From: Terriglobia bacterium
GTDB lineage: Bacteria; Acidobacteriota; Terriglobia; JAJPHL01; JAPKYU01
NCBI GenBank assembly: GCA_965206645.1
Contig: CBDBKE010000001.1
Span: 288,001 to 352,000, forward strand
Length of the DNA: 64,000 nt
Reading direction: 5' to 3'
Made by a program: the position numbers and the translations under genes. Positions 11,370-21,425 of the stretch are shown here, one piece after another. How positions within the stretch are numbered: the stretch's first letter is position 1; every line of letters begins with the position of its first letter. The notes under the pieces are model-generated. The model did no database searches and was not told the origin of the DNA. It was given only the letters and a program-made list of their open reading frames with translations.

Positions 11370-12818
11370 CTATGCCAGCAACTTCTGCACTACTTCGCCT
11401 GCGACATCGGTGAGCCGGAAGTCGCGCGCCATGTGGCGATAAGTGAGCCGCTTGTGGTCGAGTCCCAGTAAGTGCAGGAGGGTGGCATGCAGGTCGTGGA
11501 TGTGAATCTTGTCTTCTACGATCCGCAGGCCCAAGTCGTCCGTTTGCCCGACGACCTGCCCGCTCCTAATGCCTCCCCCCGCCATCCAGATGCAGAAGGC
11601 AAACGGGTGGTGGTCTCGTCCCTCGCCGCCCTTGTCCGGGTCGTTGATCTGCACCATAGGAGTGCGCCCAAACTCCCCTCCCCAAATGACCAGCGTGGAG
11701 TCGAGCAGACCGCGCTGCTTCAGATCCTTCAGCAGTGCTGCGGTAGGCTGGTCGACGATCTCGCAGTTCTCCTTCAGGTTTTCCAGAAGTCTGCTATGGT
11801 CGTCCCAGCTCCCGTGCATCAACTGCACAAAGCGCACGCCGCGCTCGATCATCCTTCGGGCCAGTAGACAGTTGGTGCCGAAGGTCTTGGTCGGTTTTTT
11901 ATCCACGCCGTACATCTCCAGCGTGCTCGCCGACTCCTTGGAGAGATCCATTAATTCTGGAGCGGCCATCTGCATTCGGAACGCCAGCTCGTAGGAGGCG
12001 ATGCGCGAGGCGATCTCAACGTCTCCAGTCTTAGCACGGTTGATCTCATTGAGATCCCGGAGAGCGTCCAGAGTGGAACGCTGCATTTCCCGGTTGACTC
12101 CGGGCGGATCCGACAGATAGAGGACAGGGTCACCCGTGTTCCGGAAAGTGACCCCTTGGTAAGTGGACGAGAGAAATCCGCTGGACCAGTTCCCAGTGCC
12201 TGCCCCTGGAGAGGTGCCTCCAGAGCGGAGCACGACAAAACCCGGTAAGCTCTCCGACTCGCTTCCCAGACCGTAGAGAGCCCACGCGCCCATCGAGGGG
12301 CGCCCCACCAGCGGCGTCCCGCACTGCAGCATTAACTGGGCCGGGTGGTGGTTGAACTGCTCCGTGTACATCGACCGGATCATGCAGATGTCGTCGGCCC
12401 GGCTCGCAATGTGCGGCAGCCAATCGGAAAACTCGATGCCGCTTTGCCCGTAGCGCCGGAACGAGCGCGGGCTCGCCCAAACCTTGGCCGTCGGCTTGAT
12501 AAAGGCCAATCTCAAGTCCTTGGTCATAGAAGGCGGCAGAGACTGGCCCTCCCATTTCTTCATCTCTGCCTTGGGATCAAACAGATCAACTTGACTCGGC
12601 CCACCGTCCATGTACAGGAAGATAACGTTTTTTACCTTTGCAGGGAAATGGGGGGACTTGGGAGCAAGCGGGTTAATCTTTTTCGACGTTTGGGTAGCGT
12701 CACCCGCAAGGCCTTCGGCCTGCAACAGGTGCCAGAAAGCAACTGTCCCTAATCCCGCAGCCGTATCGCGCAAGAAGCTTCGGCGACTTTGGAGGGACTT
12801 GAGCTCTTGCCAGTCCAT
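11370..12818 (-). CDS. DUF1501 protein (alkaline phosphatase/sulfatase-like superfamily) with Tat-like signal
   Basis: SRRSFL, GGPSQVDLFDPK, WDDH, GEFGRTP, GRDHHP, DLHATLLHLLGLDH. Confidence 0.92.
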   Translation of the reverse strand: MDWQELKSLQSRRSFLRDTAAGLGTVAFWHLLQAEGLAGDATQTSKKINPLAPKSPHFPAKVKNVIFLYMDGGPSQVDLFDPKAEMKKWEGQSLPPSMTKDLRLAFIKPTAKVWASPRSFRRYGQSGIEFSDWLPHIASRADDICMIRSMYTEQFNHHPAQLMLQCGTPLVGRPSMGAWALYGLGSESESLPGFVVLRSGGTSPGAGTGNWSSGFLSSTYQGVTFRNTGDPVLYLSDPPGVNREMQRSTLDALRDLNEINRAKTGDVEIASRIASYELAFRMQMAAPELMDLSKESASTLEMYGVDKKPTKTFGTNCLLARRMIERGVRFVQLMHGSWDDHSRLLENLKENCEIVDQPTAALLKDLKQRGLLDSTLVIWGGEFGRTPMVQINDPDKGGEGRDHHPFAFCIWMAGGGIRSGQVVGQTDDLGLRIVEDKIHIHDLHATLLHLLGLDHKRLTYRHMARDFRLTDVAGEVVQKLLA

Positions 12819-12863
12819 CGGGGTGTTCTCCTCCAGAGTTTACATCATGTTAGGGGCTGTCAA

Positions 12864-14522
12864 CCGGAATTTCCATTTTGAGCTTCACCTTCACCCGAAA
12901 ACCTATGCCTCTTACCCTGTCGTGTCAATCGCAAATCGCCCGGGCCTCTTTGAGGTGGTAGTGCGGCACATTTTGGCTGTTCTTCGGAGTCGCTGTGCGG
13001 GTTTCGCCTGCCCAGCCTGCCTCGCCGCTGACACTTGTCCGGCCCGACCACTTCTGAGCACCTAAAATTACCCTCTCTCCTGGGTCGCTAGCCGTCTGGC
13101 AGCGGCAGTGCCGAGATCGTTCGCAGCATGCTGCTGAACAGCCTCCGGCTCAAGTGCCCTTCGGCCAGCAAAAGCCAGTAATATCGCGCATGTTTCACCA
13201 GCCGTCCGCCCGTTTTCACCAGCCGCTGCTGCAAACTCGTCAGCGACCAGTTGTTGATCCTCTTCGGTAGCACCAGCCGCCGCCACAGGTTTCCCAAGTT
13301 GTAGGCGATCAGGCTCAGCCATAGGCGCACCTCGTTCGACCGAAACCGATGGCAACTCAGCCGGGTCATCTTTACCGCCTGCTTGCCTTCCTTGATCCAT
13401 TGCTCTGCGGTGCCCCGCTTGTTGTAGAACCGGACCACCGCCCGGCTGTCGGTCTCCAGATTGGTGACGATGAACCCCACGCGAGGGAACAGTTCGCCAA
13501 AGTGGAACTCCACCTTCGCCACCACCCGCCGCGCCTTTTTCCAACTGGCTGCCTGGTAGAGAAAGCTCTTGTACCAGACCACCGGCTTGTGGCTCGGTCG
13601 CCCCACTGGCCGCGTCAACAACTCCGCGATGTCCCTCTCCAGACTGTCGTTGGCCGGGATGCGAATCGCATACTTCACGTCCCGCTCCTCCAGTGCGTCG
13701 TAGATCTCCGGCTTGGCGAAGGCGGCGTCGGCGCGAAACACCACTTCCTTGCCCAGCTTCTGCTGCCGTTCGATCTCTGGCAGGAGAAGTTCTTCCCAAT
13801 CCTCGGCGCTGTGCACGTTGCCGGGTCGCAGCTTGGCCGCCAGACAGTCACCCTCGCGACTGAACAGCAACAACGGGTGATAGCAACTCGACTCGAAATG
13901 CCCGTTGTAGGCGCTCTGCTCCTGTTCGCCGTAGACCGGGATCTCGGTGCTGTCCATGTCCAGCACCACCCGGCGCGGCGCATCCATAGCTTCCGCCCTG
14001 GCGATCAAATCCCGGTTGATCGCTGCCAAACCAGCAAGGTTCTCGTCTTGCGTCAGCAGTTCTGTCTCGAACGACTGTAACCGGGAAGTCAGGGCTGCGC
14101 CACGTTCCCAGATCTTCTCCGAACCGATCAGCCGGAACGTCGGATCTTGGGAAAGCCGCTCGGCGTCGTTGACGTCTTCGTATCCTGCCAAGCGGCTGTA
14201 GATGGACTGCCGCAGCAAGTCAGCGAGGGGCAACCGGGTGTTCTTCCCCCGAGAGTCGATCAAGTGCTGTTCGATAAGTTCGCCGAACCCCAAACGTTCG
14301 TCCAACTCGCGCACCACAATCAGACCGCCGTCGGAAGTGATTCGCGATCCCTGAAATGTGACCCGCAGAAACCGGTTGAATGACAGTTGAAACGCCTGTT
14401 TTTGGCTCTCACCCATTCGGTGTACACCTCCGGAAGGCAATGTTGATGCTGGAACCCGCATCAATACTGACGTTGGAGTCATTCAGAAGGTTGCCGCCGA
14501 TAGTTCATAAAGGAAATCCGGG
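12864..14522 (-). mobile_element. IS1380-family element; transposase 13088..14416; TCAA target duplication
   Basis: IRs CCGGAATTTCCATTTTGAGCT / CCCGGATTTCCTTTATGAACT; TCAA at 12860-12863 and 14523-14526; LDMDST, RADAAF and YNKRGTAEQWIKEGK motifs. Confidence 0.93.
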
Positions 14523-14540
14523 TCAATATATCAATTCGCA

Positions 14541-15080
14541 ATGAACACGCTGGGACGCAGATGCGTGTATATTTGCAGTCGCCGGAAGGCCAAAAAGGAA
14601 ATTCCGGTTAAGGAACTGATTGTCTCCCGGATCGAAACGGCGCTCGGCCTCCCCTCGCGTCCTAAGCAACCGATGATCGAGCGTATCCGCGTCCTGCTCA
14701 ACACGGTAGAGCGGATTGTCTTCAGCCAATCGGAAGGGTCCGAGTATGAACAGCAGCTGCACCAACAGCGCCAGCAGCAGGCGCGCGGACTCTATGACGA
14801 TCTCTGGCGAGTGCTGCGCTTTAGTGCAGTTCATGACGGCTAGGTTAAGGAGATGCCCACATCCGAGCGGTTTTTAGACCTGCTCGGACTGCTGGAGCTA
14901 GAAGTGTTCAAGCGGAGAAGAATCTGGGGCCCAAGGAGGGCACTGGTGAAAATAGGGGAGCCGATAAACCTGGCAAACTACTTCCCGCGTTATCAAACTG
15001 ACAAGCGAGGTGTGCTTCAGGAGGTCACGATCTCGCTAGAGTCCTCAGTTCGGCAGATGTTGGCCGAACTGAGGCCCTAG
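14541..15080 (+). pseudogene. C-terminal part of a probable glycerolipid acyltransferase, split by TAG at 14841-14843
   Basis: One continuous frame ...AVHDG*VKEMPTSERFLDLL...VKIGEPINL; lies directly upstream of an Aas-like gene. Confidence 0.55.
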
Positions 15081-15141
15081 CCCCAGGGGTCTGGCCAGGA
15101 GTGGGACCGAGGATTTTCGCCTGCTTGCAGTGGAGGTTCTA

Positions 15142-17346
15142 ATGGGCTTGTCTTATCGGCTGTTGCGATCCGTCATTTGGTTGCTCACTCGCACCGTCTT
15201 ACGCGTCCGGATCGTCGGACGGGAGAACATCCCCCTGACCGGTCCGGCTCTTCTCATCTGCAACCACATTTCCTACGCGGATGAATTTTTGGTGGGGATC
15301 TGCGTCCCGAGATTCACCCGGTTTCTAGTGAGCAGGCCTCATTACAAGAGCAGGACTCTGCATTGGCTGTTTCGCACGGTCCAGGTCCTCCCAGCCGGAG
15401 GCGGCGGTCCGAGGGAAGCGGTCGAATCCGTTGCGCGAGCCCGAGAAGAGCTTCGTCAAGGCCACCTGGTTTGCGTCTTTCCGGAAGGGGAGATGAGCCG
15501 AACGGGAAATCTGCTTCCCTTCCGTAAAGGCTTTGAGAAGATTGCTGAGGGGTTGGACATCCCCGTGATCCCCCTACACCTGGACCGACTCTGGGAAACC
15601 ATCTTCAGTTTCCGAGGCGGCCGGTTCTTCTGGAAATGGCCCGGACGAATTCCGTATCCGGTCACGGTCTCCTTTGGACAGCCTTTACCTTCGACAGCGG
15701 AAGCGCCGCAGGTGCGGCAGGCGGTCCTGGAGTTGGGGAGGGAGGCGGTCGAATACCGCCGAACTCCGGGAGACCTGTTGCACCTGCGCTTCCTCAATGT
15801 AGCCAAGCGCCACTGGTTCTCCTTTTCCATGGCGGACTCCACCGGTAAGCAGCTCACCTACGGGCGGGCGCTGGTGGCCTCGCTATTGTTGTCCCGCTGG
15901 ATCCGAAAACATCGCCCGAGAGAATCCATGGTGGGACTCCTCCTCCCGTCCTCGGTCGGGGGGGCGCTGGCGAACATCGCGGTACTCCTGGCGGGAAAGG
16001 TACCGGTCAACCTCAACTTCACCGCAGGGCCGACGGCTATGGCCACGGCTATCGAGCAGTGCGGGATCCGGACCCTCTTGACCTCCCGCCGGTTCCTCGC
16101 CAGAGCGAAACTAGAGGAGATCGAAGGGATGGTATTCCTCGAAGAGGTGTTGCCGCAGATCACCTTTTGGCAGAAGGCACTGGTTTCCCTGTCTGCCTTT
16201 GTGCTCCCGTCACGGGTTCTCCGGTTTTGGTACGCTCGTGAACCAGTCCGCCCGCACTCGCTGGCTGCCGTCATCTTTTCCAGTGGGAGCACAGGCATCC
16301 CTAAGGGTGTGATGCTGTCTCACCACAACGTCCTGTCAAATGTTGAGGGAATCGAGCAAGTCTTCTGGGTCACCGCAACAGATCGCATTATGGGCGTTCT
16401 TCCGTTTTTCCACTCCTTTGGATTTACGGGGACCCTCTGGTTTCCGCTTCTGGCTGGCATTGGTGTCGCGTATCACACCAATCCCTTAGATGCCAAGACC
16501 ATCGGAGAGATGGTTTCTAGATACCGGGCCACGATCTTGGTCTCGGCGCCAACATTCACCGCCGGGTACCTTCGCAGATGCACAGCCGAAGAATTCGCCA
16601 CGTTGCGTTATGCCATCGTCGGCTCCGAAAAGCTTCAGCAGTCACTGGCCGAGAGCTTCAAGGAAAAATATCATCTCGATCTCTTGGAAGGCTACGGTTG
16701 CACGGAGATGGCTCCAATTATCTCTGTGAACGTTCCGAACGTCGCTGACGGAGGCGTGCGCCAGACGGGTCTGAAGATGGGCACGGTGGGGCATCCCATT
16801 CCCGGCGTTGTCGCCAAAGTAGTGGATCTCGAAACCGGTGAACCCCTACCCGCCAACAAGGAAGGAATGCTGCTCGTCAAGGGTCCCAACCGAATGATGG
16901 GCTACCTGGGTCAACTCGAAAAGACGGCGGAGGTTCTGAGAAACGGCTGGTATGTTACGGGAGATATCTCCTGCATCGACGAGGATGGTTTCATCCGGAT
17001 CACGGACCGGGCGGTGAGATTCAGCAAGATTGCCGGTGAAATGGTTCCTCATCTGAAGGTTGAGGAGAGGATTAGCGAGATGATCGACGGCCTTCCCTGT
17101 GCCGTTACCTCGATTACCGCTGAGCAGAAGGGCGAACGTCTGATGGCCTTTTATAGCAACAAGGACGTCGCCCCGAGCGAGCTCTGGGATCGGCTCTGCC
17201 GGTCTGACTTGCCGAAGCTATGGATTCCCAAGCGACATGACCTTTTTTGCATCGAGACGATCCCAACCCTCGCAACAGGAAAGACGGACCTGCTGGAGAT
17301 CCGAAACATGGCCCGGCAGATGGCAAAGGCAGAAAGATATCAGTAA
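15142..17346 (+). CDS. aas: Aas-like bifunctional acyltransferase (PlsC) / acyl-ACP synthetase (AMP-binding)
   Basis: NHISYAD and VFPEG; FSSGSTGIPKG, EGYGCTE, YVTGD, RFSKIAGEMV; GGAGG RBS before 15142. Confidence 0.85.
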   Translation: MGLSYRLLRSVIWLLTRTVLRVRIVGRENIPLTGPALLICNHISYADEFLVGICVPRFTRFLVSRPHYKSRTLHWLFRTVQVLPAGGGGPREAVESVARAREELRQGHLVCVFPEGEMSRTGNLLPFRKGFEKIAEGLDIPVIPLHLDRLWETIFSFRGGRFFWKWPGRIPYPVTVSFGQPLPSTAEAPQVRQAVLELGREAVEYRRTPGDLLHLRFLNVAKRHWFSFSMADSTGKQLTYGRALVASLLLSRWIRKHRPRESMVGLLLPSSVGGALANIAVLLAGKVPVNLNFTAGPTAMATAIEQCGIRTLLTSRRFLARAKLEEIEGMVFLEEVLPQITFWQKALVSLSAFVLPSRVLRFWYAREPVRPHSLAAVIFSSGSTGIPKGVMLSHHNVLSNVEGIEQVFWVTATDRIMGVLPFFHSFGFTGTLWFPLLAGIGVAYHTNPLDAKTIGEMVSRYRATILVSAPTFTAGYLRRCTAEEFATLRYAIVGSEKLQQSLAESFKEKYHLDLLEGYGCTEMAPIISVNVPNVADGGVRQTGLKMGTVGHPIPGVVAKVVDLETGEPLPANKEGMLLVKGPNRMMGYLGQLEKTAEVLRNGWYVTGDISCIDEDGFIRITDRAVRFSKIAGEMVPHLKVEERISEMIDGLPCAVTSITAEQKGERLMAFYSNKDVAPSELWDRLCRSDLPKLWIPKRHDLFCIETIPTLATGKTDLLEIRNMARQMAKAERYQ

Positions 17347-17407
17347 CCGTTGCCAGGTGCTTGCTGGACCCCCCGGAATGTTAGGCCGGCTCGATCACTA
17401 GGAGGAA

Positions 17408-17530
17408 TTAACTCCTGGTGATGAATTCATCCAAATTCAGCAGGAATTGGCACACCCCGAACCAGGCCACCGCCTCCACAGGCTCGATCCCTTCCAGATC
17501 AATGGCGGGGAATAACTTTTCAGCCTCAGG
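17408..17530 (-). pseudogene. C-terminal tail of a second DUF1553/PSD1 paralog
   Basis: KLFPAIDLEGIEPVEAVAWFGVCQFLLNLDEFITRS aligns with the end of the 8709..11351 protein. Confidence 0.8.
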
Positions 17531-17691
17531 GCCTTCGGGCGTCCGCAGATCAACGATATACAACCAGCCCTCCTGCTGCTGTGAAGCTGCCTCTTGCAGT
17601 GCTGGATCATCGGGACCAAATGTTTTGATGACGTGATGCATTAAGCGGATAAACGCCGGATTGGGGCGAAAGTGTTCAAGCGGGTTAAGCC

Positions 17692-18290
17692 GGCCCTGTG
17701 TGTGAGCGAGAAGATGACGCTGTTGGAAAAAGCGCGTAAGGGAAGCGATGTCGGCGGTGGCGAGATAATTGCCATAGTGCTTGCCCGAGGCCGCAAACCA
17801 GAGGTCGCTGCCATCTCTGAGGTTCTGAAAAGCGTTGCGACGCAGTGGCGGCAATGACGAGTAACGGGTATACAAGGCCTCCGCATAACGCTGGAATGCG
17901 GTGCCGGCACTTTGAAGGCCGTTCTCTGCGATAAGACGAACGGTGATCTCCGCCGTGTCCCGGTCGGGGATAGCAGCGCGGACTTCCGGAAGGGAGTCAA
18001 GAGCGCTGCGGATGCTGCTGACGGCCTGGCTGCACATCAAGTCGACAGCGTTGTGGCCGCAGGCCGGGCAGAAAAATGCTGCTCCAATAACCGCGTAGCG
18101 GCAGCCACAGGCGGTACAGATAATTTTGAGTCGCATCGGCCCTGCTGCCCCCGGCGGCAGCAAGACGGGCTGAAGTCGGCTGTTCACCTTCATTGTGATG
18201 TGGATGAAACTGTTTCGTGGCTGGCGCCGGTTCCAAGAGGCCGCGTCTCACTTCATCGCAGGGCCAATTCGCTGCCGTACATGGGCAACA
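17692..18290 (-). pseudogene. Fragment of a zinc-ribbon protein with a HEPN-like RxxxxH motif
   Basis: CTACGC...FCPACGHN and FQQRHLLAH; in-frame TGA at 18248-18250; boundaries approximate. Confidence 0.5.
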
Positions 18291-18679
18291 GCGGCCTTAG
18301 AGGGATGGAAAATAGGACGCCGAGGATGCCACCGAATCCGGCGATCATCGTGGTTTCTCAGTAGTCGAACTCGTTCCACACGCCCAGGATCACCAGCGCC
18401 GGAATTGTGAAAATCATGCCAGCTGCCACGCTTTCGCCGGCCGAAGCCGCGGTTTGGACGATGTTGTGCTCAAAGAATGTTCGAATTGCGAAATGGCCGC
18501 AGTATGGCCATCGCGATGACGGCGGCCGATACCGTCAACCCGGCGAACAGGCCCAGATACATATTGGCCGCACCCAGGATCACTGCCAGAAAGGCGCCCA
18601 GAAAAAACGACTTCAGGGTGATTTCGGCAAGGTTCGTCGTCGGGGAAACATAGGGCTTGTGAGGTGCTGTTTGAGACAT
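18290..18679 (-). pseudogene. N-terminal fragment of an OPT-family oligopeptide transporter
   Basis: EITLKSFFLG...[15 protein letters not shown], frameshift near 18472, then [13 protein letters not shown]...IFTIPAL...DY*ETT...GGILGVLFSIPLR. Confidence 0.85.
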
Positions 18680-18843
18680 GCGGGATGGCATATTCCAAAC
18701 CGGGGAACGAGCCCAGCGATCTTGTTGGTATGACAAGAATTAGGGCTAATCCGCATAGTTCACCAGTAGGACCAGAAGCGGGTGAAATGGTAACGCGGTC
18801 CGCCCCCGGATTCCCAAGAGTAACCCCAGGACGCCAGGGAGGC

Positions 18844-19959
18844 TTACTCAGGGATCGGCGCCGGAGCCTGAACCTGCGTCATCAAATCATCGTCCCATTC
18901 GCCATCGACCACTACATGGGCCAGGGCGCCCAACTCTACCGCCTCGATCAGGTTGTGGGTGAGGTACGCATAGACGCCCGGCTGCCTGAAGGTGTAGATT
19001 GCCGCACCAGCGGAGCCGCCACGGATGAACCAGGTCTGAAGCCCGTGGGCAGGGGGATCGGCGAATGAGCCCTGCTCCCACACGTAGTCACCATGTCCGC
19101 CGATAAGGTGCGGTCTAGAGTCCCGGTTGGCTTGGGAGTGGATGAACAGGACGGTCTCGCCAACCTTGGCCTTCATCGCCCCATCGCCGGTGAGCGCGCC
19201 GACCCGGCCATTAAACACCACATGGGACGGTGTGAGCGTGCGCATTACCTTAAGGACATCGGCGATGCCGTCGGCGGGACTTTTGTACTTCATGAAGTTG
19301 CCGTCGGAGTCTCGGGGAATGTAGTAGTCCTGCTCGCCGACATAGTAGGCCTTGTCGTAGCGGATGGGGCCGCCATCGCGGTCCTTGAGGCCGTCTCTTG
19401 GCAGCACCATGAGGGCCCCATTCATGCCGGAAACAACATGATATGGAATCATTGATCCACCCGGTGCGCAGTGATAGATGAAGGTGCCCGGCTTGATCGC
19501 CTTCCAGCGGAGCAGGACCTGTTCGCCTGGTTGTACGTGCGTCAGGGCGCCCCCGCCGAGCGCCCCAGTTGAGGCATGAAAGTCGATGTTGTGCTTGAAG
19601 ACATTGCCATTCGGATTCTTCAGCGTGAGCTCGACATAGTCCCTCTCGTGGCAGATGATCAGCGGCCCCGGAATGGAGTTATTGAACATGAGAGCGTCGA
19701 TTTCGGTCCCATCGTCGTCGATCACTCGCTTGCCTTCGTGGACGATAAGCTCAACCTCGACAATCTTCGGCCCGGCGGCGGCGACCTGCTCATGCTCAGG
19801 AACGAAAGGCGGGTCGACAAGCTCCTGCTTGACGCGTGGTAGTCCACTAATGTCCGCCTGGGCAGAGGGGGCGGCTGCCGCCCCCGGTTGAGTCATGGCT
19901 GACATGGCGGCCAGCGAGCCACCAGCCTCCAGAAACCGGCGTCTGCTGATGTTGAACAT
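18844..19959 (-). CDS. nirK: Copper-containing nitrite reductase with Tat signal
   Basis: SRRRFL; [32 protein letters not shown] and THNLIEA supply the type-1/type-2 Cu ligands and catalytic residues. Confidence 0.96.
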   Translation of the reverse strand: MFNISRRRFLEAGGSLAAMSAMTQPGAAAAPSAQADISGLPRVKQELVDPPFVPEHEQVAAAGPKIVEVELIVHEGKRVIDDDGTEIDALMFNNSIPGPLIICHERDYVELTLKNPNGNVFKHNIDFHASTGALGGGALTHVQPGEQVLLRWKAIKPGTFIYHCAPGGSMIPYHVVSGMNGALMVLPRDGLKDRDGGPIRYDKAYYVGEQDYYIPRDSDGNFMKYKSPADGIADVLKVMRTLTPSHVVFNGRVGALTGDGAMKAKVGETVLFIHSQANRDSRPHLIGGHGDYVWEQGSFADPPAHGLQTWFIRGGSAGAAIYTFRQPGVYAYLTHNLIEAVELGALAHVVVDGEWDDDLMTQVQAPAPIPE

Positions 19960-20257
19960 GGACAATCCCTGCCTATTCTTAGGATGTCGGTGTCTGTCCG
20001 CTGAAACTTCCCTGGAAACCAACCCGTTCTCGTTTACACTGCACGGCTGATTCTCTCATGCGCCGACAGAGCCCCACAAGGAGGGGGGGACGCTGACACG
20101 CTCGGAAAGTTCATCACCAGGTAACGCCACGCCTCGTCCCGTCTTACCCGTCTTGTCGGTTCAGAGTGGCTAGATCGTGTGGTTGAAAGACCGGAGGGTG
20201 GGGATCGATCAAAATCGGAGGAACAACCCCATTCAAAGCAGATTGCCCATGCACCGG

Positions 20258-20388
20258 GGTACTGTCAAGTTAAGCAGTTTGGCGGCATTCTCGCCGCCCG
20301 TCGCCACCGCTAAGTCATTGATTCTCAGTCTCTGATCCAGCATAATCCTTCCGCAAAACGGGTAGATTCTGCTCAACTTGACAGTACC
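20258..20388. mobile_element. IS6-type MITE 1 (131 bp)
   Basis: Perfect 14-bp IRs GGTACTGTCAAGTT / AACTTGACAGTACC, identical to the IS6 ends at 26910/27713; no transposase inside. Confidence 0.85.
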
Positions 20389-20417
20389 CCGACGGTCGAG
20401 TTCCATTGAGGAGAAAC

Positions 20418-21215
20418 ATGTCTTCGTGCACACGGACCACGGCTGGCGTAGTCGGCATCGGCGTCGCCCTCCTGCTCCTCGGCTGCTCCGGCCCACCGGA
20501 ACCCGCCAGCCAACAGAGTTCATCCACGTCGTCGCCGTCGGTGCCCCCGCGTGAAGTCGTGGTGGCTACAACGATGACGACAGCGGATCTTGTGAGCGAA
20601 CGCGTCTGTCTCGATCAAGAAGGACCCCACGTGCTTGAGGCGGAAGCGGCGTCTGAGAACGCAGCAACGGGATTTCTGACCCTCGATGACGGGAGCGCAG
20701 AGGCTGAGTACGTCGCCTCAGCGGTGCGGTTCGCCGGCCAGCCTCGACGGATTCGCAGCGAGCAGGTCGTGCTGCACGCCGGCGAACCCTGCTACTTGGT
20801 CAGTGCACAGACCGGGATCACGGGAGATCGTGCGACGACACGCTTGATCAGGCTCGATGCTCCACCGGAGCCCGCTCAGGAATCAGAGTCAAGCGTGGAT
20901 TCGGACGAACCCACCGAGTTTTCAGGGCACACGAAGCAGCTCCTGGCGTTGTACAAGGAACTCCACTCCTTCAAGGACGACCCAACGTTCCACGAGGTGG
21001 GATTCGGAAGTTGCTGTCGCTTTCACAGCTGGCAGACACGAGTTGAGGAGCTTCGGTCGAAAGCGGAGCTTGAAACGCTCGCGGACGTTGGCGTCCTGCC
21101 CGGAGACCTACTGATGCTTGGCATGGAGTATATGCGGAGCAAGGGCCGCCCGACCGAGTACACCAAAACAATGGAACCTCATTACGAATCGGGCCTGGCC
21201 GCGCTCGGCCACTAG
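20418..21215 (+). CDS. Hypothetical lipoprotein
   Basis: GAGGAG RBS, hydrophobic signal with LLGC lipobox, Ser/Pro-rich linker. Confidence 0.7.
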   Translation: MSSCTRTTAGVVGIGVALLLLGCSGPPEPASQQSSSTSSPSVPPREVVVATTMTTADLVSERVCLDQEGPHVLEAEAASENAATGFLTLDDGSAEAEYVASAVRFAGQPRRIRSEQVVLHAGEPCYLVSAQTGITGDRATTRLIRLDAPPEPAQESESSVDSDEPTEFSGHTKQLLALYKELHSFKDDPTFHEVGFGSCCRFHSWQTRVEELRSKAELETLADVGVLPGDLLMLGMEYMRSKGRPTEYTKTMEPHYESGLAALGH

Positions 21216-21254
21216 CGCGTGCGGCGCGAAGTCCAACAGTCGAGTCACCGCCCA

Positions 21255-21357
21255 CGATTCGAACGCCGCCGTGGCCGCCGCGTACGGTTGGTCGGCGGAC
21301 ATCTCCGACGACGAGGTTCTCCGCGAGTTGCTGGCGCTGAACGGCGGCGAGAGGTGA
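21255..21357 (+). pseudogene. C-terminal tail of an MmeI-like type IIL restriction-modification enzyme
   Basis: NAAVAAAYGWSADISDDEVLRELLALN resembles the conserved C-terminus of this family. Confidence 0.65.
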
Positions 21358-21425
21358 GCAAGCACGGTGCGGCGCGATCCGCCGGACGGGCCGACGACGC
21401 GCCCGCTTTGACCGGAGATAGCCCC

